Below are positions 51,197 through 61,287 of a stretch of 64,000 bases of DNA, one piece after another. Position numbers and translations under genes: made by a program. Position 1 is the stretch's first letter, and each line of letters begins with the position of its first letter. A model generated the notes under the pieces. The model saw nothing but the letters and a program-made list of their open reading frames with translations, had not been told where the DNA came from and searched no databases. Location of the stretch: contig NW_003314276.1 in the NCBI RefSeq assembly GCF_000143415.4, forward strand, positions 1,657,083 through 1,721,082, given 5' to 3'. The stretch comes from Selaginella moellendorffii (Eukaryota; Plantae; Lycopodiophyta).

Positions 51197-54100
51197 CTAA
51201 TCTTTATTACGATTCTCATACTCCGTGACAAGCTCACGAGCATGGGTAAGATTTCTAAGAGGTTCCCAAGTTGATTCACAAGTCGGGTAACCCTTCCACT
51301 TAACTAAATATTCCTTCGCGTGAGCCCGTCGCCGAAACCAAGAATCCAAGATAGATTCAGCTTCATACTCGGGTTCACCATCCACGATTACTGGCGGAGG
51401 ACGCATATCCGTAGAGCGTTCCAAAGCAGCATGATATGGTGTTAGTAAACTGACATGAAACACATCATGTAGCTGAGAGAACTCATCCGGAAGATCCAAC
51501 TTATAGGATACATCACCAACGCGTTTTAACACCCGATAGGGTCCAATATATCTCGGCAAGAGCTTCCGAGACAAAGAACCCTTAATGTTCAAGTATCAGG
51601 AAGAGAGCCACACCTGATCTCCCACTTGATAGGATACATCCCGATAATGCTGATCCTTATCATGTCGATACCTATCTTGAGCTTTGCCCATCGCCTCAGT
51701 AGCCCTAGACCAACCTTGGCGTAGCTGCTCCGCATAAGTCTCAACAGCCGGGACCAACATTGCAGACATAGGTTTCGGTACAACAATCTGGTGAGGAACC
51801 CATAATCTGCTACATCACCTTCCATACCAGACCAGAAAAATCCCTTTTTCAATGAAGCCAGAGTCTTTTGCTGTCCACCATGTCCTGCTGCTGGAACATC
51901 ATGATGTTCCCGCAGAAATAACTGCTGCAGAGCCTTATCAGGAAGATACAATCTTTCTTGCTTATAGAATATAAACCCATCCCAAACTGAGAAGTGAAGC
52001 TTTGCATTAGTGCGACTAGCAACCTTCGCTACTTCGCTACCAGGGCTCTGCTTCGACAACTCTGCACGGCGTAAGATTGTCTTCACCAATGGATCACTTC
52101 CATACGAAGCCCGGATGTCTTCCAACCAGTCCGAACTGATTGCCGATATTGCCCGGAATTGAGCTTGACAACTCAACGCATCCGGAACAATATTGTCTTT
52201 ACCAGGTTTATATATGATTTCAATATCATATCTAGCAAGCTTCTCTTGCCAACGAGCCTGCTTCGGCGTAAGCTTAGGCTGCGTAGCAAAGTAGCTTAGT
52301 GTGTTACTATCCGTATAAACCTTGGTATGTCCACCCAAGTAGTGTCTCCAGTGTTCCAGGGCCGACACTATAGCAAACATCTCTTTCTCATGCATTGGCC
52401 ATCTTCATTGGGTCTCATCCAATTTCTTGGAATATAACACAACGGGACAACCATGTCACTTTAGCGTAACACTAACCGCTTTGTCACAATCTTGCTATAA
52501 CACGGCACCAATAGTATAACCAGATGCATCACAATGCACTTCGAAGGGTTTATCAAGATCTGGGATCCTGAGTGTAGCGCACCTTATCTCTCTCCCCTTA
52601 AGCTAACTGGAAAAGGGGCAATTGCTTGATGAGAGAGCCTTTAGTGGCTATTTTATCCCCATTTATCCCCCAAGGTTCCAAGGATCCACGGTGACAGTAT
52701 ATCCAAATCTCATCCCATGATCACATGCGCTACACTCACCCCCCCTTCAGAGATGTCAATGTCCTCATTGACTATTGATTAACAACCCCTACTGAGCCAA
52801 GGGGAACCAGCACCTCCATTTCCGCACTCAATCTACCAATCCTTCCATTGTGTAGATTAGCTATTCCATGTGAGGCAACTAGTCATCCACCCGTACCGCA
52901 GTCCCACGGTGGATACCTTCATCCGTGGATACTCCACACAAGAAGAAGGACGTACGCATGGATGCCCAATACGTACGATTTCAAATTTACGGGTAGGAAT
53001 ATACCTTGCTCAAGGGTATATTATACTTTTAAGTAGCCACTAATCAATGGGAATCGAACCCGTGCCATTTGCTCCGATACCAACTGTAGCGCACCTTATC
53101 TCTCTCCCCTTAAGCCAACTGGAAAAGGGGCAATTTCTTGATGAGAGAGCCCTTAGTGGCTATTTTATCCCCATTTATCCCCCAAGGTTCCAAGGATCCA
53201 TGGTGACAGTATATCCAAATCTCATCCCATGATCACATGCGCTACACTGAGAACAGGAACCGTTGTCAAGATCTCCTTCAACCGTACAAAAGCACACTGA
53301 CAAGCTGGTGTCCAATGAAACAGAATACTACTCTTCGTCAACTCAGTCAACGGAAGAGCAATCCTTGCAAAATTGCGGACAAACTTGCGATAGTATCCCG
53401 CCAAACTGAGAAAGGATTGAACATCTGATACAGTGGTCGGAACTTCCTAGGACTTCACTGCTTCCACCTTCTTTGGATCGACCTCAATCACACCACCACC
53501 AACTATATGTCCAAGAAAGTTTATGCGCAATTGTCCAAAAGCGAATTTACTTTCCGTAGCATACAGTTTGTGTTTGTGCAACTTCTGAAACACCAGCTCC
53601 AAGTGTTTCAAATGATCCTCCAACGTTTCGCTAAAGACTAAAACATCGTCGATATATAGGACAACAAATGCATCCAAATAATCTCCGAATATTCTATCCA
53701 TCATAGTGCTAAACGTTGCTGGAGCATTGCATAACCCGAACGGCATGACAAGGAACTCATAAGATCCATACCGAGTCTTAAAGGCTGTCTTCTCCACATC
53801 CTAATCCGCCACCCGTATCTGATGATACCCAGACCGCAAATCAAGTCATGTAAAATACTTAGCCTTTAAGAGTTTGTCAAACAAGTCATCAATGCAAAGC
53901 AAAGGATAACTGTTTTTAACCGTGATCTTATCGAGTGCCCGATAGTCAATACACATCCTCATAGTTTTGTCCTTTTTCATAATGAAGAGGACCGACGCTC
54001 CATAAGGTGACTTTCTTGGTCGGATATGACCTTTATCAAGAAGCTCCATGAGTTGCTTCTTGAGTTCAACCATCTCTTTGATGTTCAACCAATATAGAGC

Positions 54101-56023
54101 TTTCGTAAGTGGTTTAGAACCCGGAATAACCTCAATCCGATGATCAACCTCACGGCTAGGAGGTAGCCCTAGCGGCAAATCCTTCGGAAAGATATTCTGA
54201 TTCCTCGCCAACAACTCCAATATCCTCTTTGGTACAGGATCAACCCCGTCACTAATTCAAACTGAGTCACCAACACCCTCAGCTTCCATCACTTGAACCC
54301 AAAAGGTCTGACATCCCCTCTTAGTTGCTTTTTGAGCAGCCCTCTCAGTCAGGAACTTTGCATCCCAATCCTTTGAGGAACACTTTTGCAACTGAAAGGA
54401 TACATCAAGACGTCTTTTTGATTTCAACGTGATACGACTTTGTCCAGCACCATAAATCCCTTTTATATACTTGTTGAAGAAATCCATACCAAACACCATC
54501 TGAAAATTTGGTATCTTCAACACTACGAAGTCCACTCTTTCTTTCCACTTGGATATCTTTATTGGAACATCACTCACAAACTTTTTGGCTACTTGCCCAC
54601 CTTCCGCAAACCAGAAGTGCATAAGTGACATTTGCTCAGCATTCAATCCTAACAACTTAACTAAGTCTTTGGATATCATGTTGTGCGTAGCTCCCGTGTC
54701 AATCATCACTCGGATTCAGTGTCCACGGACAAAGCCTACCAGATACATCAACGGATCAGTGTTTGCATTGACTGCAAGAAAAGCTTGAGGAAAGCAACGA
54801 AAGTTACTCACCTCTTCTTCCTCATAGTCTGCATTGACCAACTCATCAACTCCTTCAGCTTCACCACCACCGTCTTCCCTCATGACATTAACGCGAGACC
54901 TTGTCTTATGCTTGTTGGGACATTCCGAGGACTTATGTCCCGACTCTCCACAATGGAAGCAATGACCCACACTACCTGTTCCGCTAGGAGCAGGTTTTGC
55001 AAGTTGCTGCTGCTTGTACCCACCAGGAGGAGGAACAAAGGGCCTAGGACTAGAAGAAGCTGCTGGTGGTCTCCAACCACCACCACCTTTGTTAACCATT
55101 GCTTGTGAGCCTCCAGGGCGGTACCTACTTTCCACCCTTTGTTTCCGATCATTCCCAGAATTTCTATTCTTATCCGAGTTACCAGCTTGCGGTTGCTGAT
55201 ATTGTTCCATGAGCAAGTGACTGAAGGCAACTTGCTGTGCTGTCTCCTTGCACTCCAGGTACATCTTTGTCTTAAACTTCAAAATCTCATTGCGAGAAAA
55301 TGAAGTTAAACCCTCCAGAAAATAACTCCGAGCATCTTCGTCACTCATATTTGCAATCATAATGCGCTTCTGAGCAAACGCATTAACGTAATGCATAAGA
55401 TCCCCTCGCTGCTTTAACTATCGCAGTTCCACGCGAAGTCTTAGACCAAGATCATCCAGCAAGTATTCCTTACGGATACGAGACCGCATCTTGGTCCAAC
55501 TTCTAGTCTGCCCTTTTTCAGCACACACCTGGCGCCACCAAGTTTTGGCATGATCGGTGAGAAAGGATTGCGCACATGTAACTTTCGTACGATCATCTAC
55601 GACTGCTGCTATGAAGTAGTTCTCCATATCGTAGACCCAGTCTTCCAAAACCTGATAGTCCCGCATGCCTCTAAAATTGGGTGGTTTCGAAGGTTTGAAC
55701 TTTGAAACTCGTGCAACCGGGGGTGGCTGCAGAACTTCATCATCCTCAGAACTTGAGGAGGAGTCTGGTTGCTTAGGCTTAGCTGGTTTAGCTGCCTCAG
55801 CTTCTTTCTTCCTCTTCTTGTTCTCCTTCTTCAATATGCGAATCTCCCTTCGCAAATTCTCGATCTCGACTTCCTAAGCCGTATGCTGCAGCGCCGCAGC
55901 GTCTAGCTCTTCCTCTTTTGACTCAACCTTTGCCTCTTCCGCAGCATCTCTAGCAGGAGTTTCCTCCTCTCGATTCGCCCGTCTAGAGGTTTCAGCGTCA
56001 TCAGCACGGTTCCTCTTCACCAT
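51197..56023 (-). pseudogene. Chromovirus gag-pol polyprotein, disrupted
   Basis: Gag CFHCGESGHKSSEC; PR MIDTGATHN; [29 protein letters not shown]; RH EKEMFAIV; IN HHDVPAAGHGG; GPY; chromodomain EYEAESILDS..EYLVKWKGYPTCESTWEP; stops and a TRIM insertion. Confidence 0.93.
52573..53246 (-). mobile_element. Complete TRIM (674 bp; 162-bp LTRs 52573-52734 and 53085-53246)
   Basis: TSD CTGAG; PBS TGGTATCGGAGC (53071-53082); PPT 52735-52748; non-coding 350-bp interior. Confidence 0.95.
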
Positions 56024-58129
56024 CTTGCTAGTCGCATGCATGCCTCTATCAATAACTGAACATGCATACAACGTTCTTACCGAATGGTGCAATCCAACTA
56101 ATCCTACACAGGTCGCTTTAGATCCACTAGAAAGGTCTCTGCATATGCAACTTGAGTCAAAAAATCCGACAAAAGTTGGATAGAAATCGCTGAGACAATT
56201 CCTCTGATACCAAATGTAGCACACCTGAATTTGGACCCGAACTCCAAGCCTGTTGCGCTACGAAACGAGGGTCCGGTACGATCCCATGAGCACTAGCTCC
56301 CCGTATCCAGCACCTGCACACAAAATGGTGTCAGACAGAGTCTGGCACAATTTTGGCATACCGGTGGCCTAACGTTAGGAGGAGGGTACTCCACCGACTA
56401 GAGCAGCGTGGTGCTTGGGCTTAGACCCAAGCTGGACGCAGAACAAGGAGCGACACAGCCCAGTGGGAGCCAAACTAATGTCTCAGGTGGTTGGACATGC
56501 ATTCCAACCACAGCCCCCCCCCCCCTCTTGAGTTTTGGGCTTTCACCCCAAGCCACCCTTAGTACCAGGAGTTAGTCTCTGGGACAATTCCAAAACTTAC
56601 TAAATATGGAATGGCTTTATATTGCGAATTTGGACACGGGAAAAACACCATTGTGTTCAGGCCGATCTCTACATTCCGTAGATATGCCAAATGAGCTAAT
56701 CCAGACATTTTCCATAAATAGCACTTGGGACCAAAATGAGACTAACACAAAGGGCGTGATAGCGAGGGTATTTGGCAGACACGGTAGGGACTAGTCTCAA
56801 TACGCGAGGGTTCTTGCCAAGCCAGTGCAAGACAGAGCGAAAGAGAACTAAGAGTCAGGCCGAGAATGCTCAGCTAGAAACACATAGGAGTTCCTACCTT
56901 ATGTTCATCTGGCTAAGTACAGATGCTAAGCCTAGTAAATTAACACTTGGACAAGAGGGGCTATTGATGGAAACTAGCAGTACCGACCTCCTGCCGTCAT
57001 GGCAGTAAGGAAAGAGTGCCCGTAAGGACTAGCCGACAAGTATCTTTCAATACCTGAAGTCACATTTGCGACAATAAGCTAGATAAAAAATGGTTAATTC
57101 AATGTAAATGCATACAATAGTGAGTGGTGGTTATTTTCCAGCACATCTAAATGCTACTTATATATTATATGATTTTATAACTATTCCTAACTACTTCTCG
57201 CTTGTCTATGACAAACATTACCTAAATTGGGTCTTTTTTCTTTTCTAAACTTAAGTGTAACTCTATTTTGCTTAAGCTTCCTTATTTTTCTTTGCTTGGG
57301 AAGATATACAAAATAAAATAGTTACTTCTTCATCATGTGTGGAAACAGTTCTTCTAATTTAGCTAGAATTGCCAACCTTTACAACATCCACTATGGCTTT
57401 TACTATAAGCACTATGGACCAACTTGAACATCAACATAATCAGCTTTTAGCTTTAAATGTGTTTTGACCTGTTACAACTCTAGTGTAGCAACAGCAACAT
57501 ACTTTACAACAAGCATATATGTGTGGTGAGTGCTTCTAAGAGGGTGACTTAGTGAAGATCTTTGACTCTAAGACTTTACATCATCCCAAACTTGCTACTC
57601 CATAACTGGGACTGTTTTGGATTGCTAGAATTGTGAGTCCAAACTTGTACTAACTCATGGATCTTGCTAACCACTGACTGCCAAATCCTCACAATAGCAC
57701 CCATCTCCAATGCTACTATTTGTAGTAGCTTAGGTGGAATACTTTCATATTTTCTTTTTGTTTTTTTTTTTCTTATGTTTCATAACTTTCAGATTCTCTA
57801 TTTCTTTGTAAACATTTGAATTGTTTTGGATTCATAGTCCTAGCTTTGAGCTAGGAATGCTTGTGAGTTGACTCAACATGATGATTGGTAATTTTACTTT
57901 TTTTGTGTAGCTTTCTTTTTGTAGTGTCCTCCCTTGTGAATCGTTGGGCTCATGCTGCTCACTTATCTCTTGCTGTGACACACTAATCATGTCCAGGTGC
58001 TCTTTGATTCAAGATTGTGACAGATTTTATTTGTTGTGATCATGCTTAGGTGAGCATTTATAAATTAAGGTGTCAAGAAGGTTTTTTGTCAAGATACTCC
58101 TGGAAAGTGCATTATAATTGCTTACCTTT

Positions 58130-59070
58130 TCATTTCCTTTAAGCTTTAGCTGAGTAATGTAGCCAGCTTGCATCACCTGTTTTGCTGTGAGCATACCTGA
58201 GAAGTGTCTAAAATAGTTATGGCATGCATGAAGGATCTCAACAACCTCATTGTCATTGATGCATTAGAGAAGATCACCATCACCAGAAAAGAATCCCACC
58301 TAAGATGACATACTTTGTTACTAACTTGCATTTCTCACATATAGAGAGATGAGAAAAGCCTAGATGATATTGGCATATCAGGAGTGATAATAGAGCTGAT
58401 CATCTAGAGTGTCTTGAAGGCATTATCAAAATTATGAGTGTTATCCTCATTTAAAAATGAGAAGAGAAGGCTGTTGGGATTGAACACTCAAGATTTCTCC
58501 ACCATGATCTTGAAATCAAATTTGGATAGCTAGAGAGCATGATGGCTTTGTAATATAGGTTTGCCTATTAGGGGATTCACTAGAATATGAATCATTGCCC
58601 TCTTCAGCATAAAATAGTGGCAAAGGTGATGGAAAGTAGAGACAATAGTTACTACATAATGATCAAGCTTTGTCTATTGATCCAAGAGATATGACAAGTC
58701 TTTACCTAGGAAATAGACACCATGCATCACATTCTTATTGCTAGTTTGATAGACAGCCATTAAATATGTCATATCCAATAGTTGAGTGAAGAGGTAGAAT
58801 CCTTAGGTAAAATCTAGAGGTTGGAGAGCTAGTGTTGCCAGTTGAGCCTTCTTCAAAGCATTGAGAGAAACATTTCCATCCACTATCCATTCAAAAATTA
58901 CATCCTTGTGAAGCAGCTGTTGGAGGGGTTGGGTCATTGCTGCATAACCAAAGATGAAGTGTTAAAAGTAACCCGCACTGCTCAAAAATTGCCATAATTG
59001 CCCAATTGTGGATGGAGTTGGAGAGGCAATGATAACAGGCACTTTATCTAGGAAGACTTTTGGGACATCC
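58130..59070 (-). mobile_element. Decayed Gypsy RT/RNase H-integrase remnant
   Basis: QLWQFLSSAGYF*HFIFGYAAMTQPLQQLLHKDVIFEW; DGDLL*CINDNEVVEILHACH..HFSGMLTAKQVMQAGY. Confidence 0.7.
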
Positions 59071-59524
59071 CCTGCCTATACCCTATACCCTCTCACTGCA
59101 TATCTCAACGGAATGACCTCTCTATAAAGAGAAAGTATGGCAGTTGTTAAACAAAATTTTTGCATAAAAGTCTGTTGATTAGGGTCGCCTAGACCGATCG
59201 AGGCCGGGGTTTCACTGCTCGAGGCGGATTTAGGAGTTAGGAGAACGGGTTCTAGATAAGTTGCTCTCGCGCTTGATCCGCTCGCCCCTTCCAGGATGCT
59301 TGACATCAAACCGCGTCTCGCTCTGGATCGTTCAAGAAGCCTGTGAGTTCACCCGGTGGTGGATGAAGAGATGCAGATACTTGTCTTGGGGCTCCATCGC
59401 GATGGTTCTAAACGTTTCTGAGGTACTATGAAAGAGCAGATGATTTATCAACCAGTTTGGTTCACGAACTCGGAGTAGTTCAACGAACATAACTTTTTTG
59501 AACTTCTAATGCCAGGAACATGCA

Positions 59525-61287
59525 TCACATTTTACTGAGTACAAGCGGCACTCCATGGATAGGCTTCAAGCCAAACTTCATCGCAGGATTATGGCGGTAG
59601 TTCGGTGAAAGCCGGAACAAGAATCGCTGTAGTATCATAGCCAGAATGACTTTGGCTTCGATCATCGCAAACGACTGGCCCACGCACACCCGCGGCCCAA
59701 ACGAAAACGGCATGAAAGCATTGGGATGCTTGCACGCGCTTGAGATCCCAGCTTTGAAGCGATCCGGATTGAATTGGCCTGCATCTTCTCCCCAGAGCTC
59801 CTTATCCTGATGCAATCCAACAATTGGAAACGACACAGATACTCCTCTTGGAACGTGTAAATCTTGCAGCCAAGACTCCTCCACACACTCCCTGGTCATC
59901 TCGACTACTGGTGGATACAGGCGCAGAGTTTCGTAAAGGATCATTCCCACCTGTTCAAGAATCAAGAAGTTAAGTTTTGGAATTAGGAGATATTGATCGA
60001 CTTACGAGCTTGAGCCTGCTGACACTCTCACCATCAGGAATCTCATTGCCACATACTTCGTGCACCTCAGCACGGGCGCGTTCTTGCCATTCAGGATAGC
60101 CTCCCAGTAGCATCAAAGTCCAGGTTAGTAAGATGGCTGTGGTCTCATGGCCCGCAAGGTAGAACGTCTTGCATTCCTCTATCAGATCCCTGCTTGTGAA
60201 ATTACTGCTGCTGTCACACTCCTTCAGCATCAGTCCGAGTAAGTCATTCCCGTATGTATTACTCCTCCCTGACTTCACTGAGTTCCGACGCTCGTCTATG
60301 ATCCCAGTGATCAAAGAATCCAACTCCTGATGAAGCTTCCACAGTCGGAGGTTGATTGGAAGTGGGAGAAACCTGTAAGCAAGTGATTATGATTCAGTTC
60401 AATAGATGATCGAGCATACCTGAAGCCTGGAATCCAGGAAAAGCTGAAGAGTTTGGGCACTAGCTCTGGGATTTTCTTAGACAATATCTCGAAAACCCTC
60501 TGCCCTTTGAGATAGCTAGTTCCAAATGCTGTATGGGAAATAACGTCTCCTGTGAGCTTACGCACCTCTCCAGAGATTTCAATCTCGGGATTCTGCTGCC
60601 TCGTAGCTTCCCATTGATCAAGCATGCGAGATGCGCACCCTGCGATTGAACCGGTCATTTGCTGTGTACAGGAGAATCAGAAACACTTATCAGCCAGACT
60701 TCATGAGAAGATAATAATATGAATACCCACTTTAATACGTTCATGAAAGAATGCCGGTGCTACGAGTCGGCGGTGATGACTCCATTCCTCTCCAGTAACA
60801 GAAACCAATCCACGACCAAGGAACAAGTTCGCGAACCGCAGCCCGGCCTCCGATTTATCAAACTGAGAAAACTTCTTAGACAAAACCTCCCTTACGATCT
60901 CAGGCTCCGAGACCGATATCCTTGGTTCAGTTCCCAACCAGAACACAAATCTCTTCCCTGGACCATGATCATCAGAAACAAAGCTTTGAGATTCATCAGG
61001 GATGACAAGAACATACCATATTGCTTCCGCCATTTGAGCAACGCAGGATATACCCGATGGAAGATGTCGTGGCTGAAACTTTCCATGTCGTGATCCTTGA
61101 TGGCGCTCCTCATGTTCTGGATTTCAGCTATTTGGCCTACCATGAGTCGGGGTGGAGGCCCCTGAATGCCCTCCTTCTTCAGCTGCGCCGCGGTCGCCCT
61201 GGGGCGCCACCAGTAGACCGTCACGAATCGCCATAGCGCTGTGGTGAAGAGGACGATGCAAGTGCTCAAGATCCATCTCCCATCCAT
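59525..61287 (-). CDS. Cytochrome P450, CYP72 clan, about 510 aa; exons 61287-61017, 60957-60731, 60661-60420, 60372-60006, 59950-59525
   Basis: ECKTFYLAGHETT (I helix), ETLRLYPP (ExxR), FNPDRF, FSFGPRVCVG (heme Cys); five-exon structure typical of the CYP72 clan; splice phases give an open frame. Confidence 0.95.

Larger units (their letters stand above)
49673..57073 (-). mobile_element. Chromoviral Gypsy LTR retrotransposon; LTRs 49673-50590 and 56215-57073
   Basis: TG..CA LTR pair; PBS TGGTATCAGAG (tRNA-iMet) at 56202-56212; PPT next to 50591; flanks ATAA/ATAA; gag-PR-RT-RH-IN-chromodomain order. Confidence 0.95.
38902..57335 (-). mobile_element. Decayed non-chromoviral Gypsy element (Athila/Tat-related); LTRs 38902-39337 and 49489-49672 + 57074-57335
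   Basis: Homologous ~435-bp LTRs TG..CA, flanks GGTGT/TGTGT, PPT at 39338; PR LINNGSIVNI (~47990), RT YSFLDGFFGYNQV/IPFGLYNAP/FMNDFSVF (46823-47128), RNase H (46136-46465), IN YILVAIDYLTKWAEA (~43990). Confidence 0.85.

Noticed and set aside
52573-52734. Cassandra (5S rRNA-containing) TRIM
   Set aside because: No 5S A/IE/C-box sequence recognisable in the LTR
53045-53065. tRNA gene
   Set aside because: Only a T-arm-like motif; no cloverleaf
59076-59309. 77-aa ORF downstream of the P450
   Set aside because: No recognisable domain; runs into a TE remnant
1-61287. Biosynthetic gene cluster around the two P450s
   Set aside because: No scaffold-forming or tailoring enzymes in the window; only a dispersed tandem duplicate
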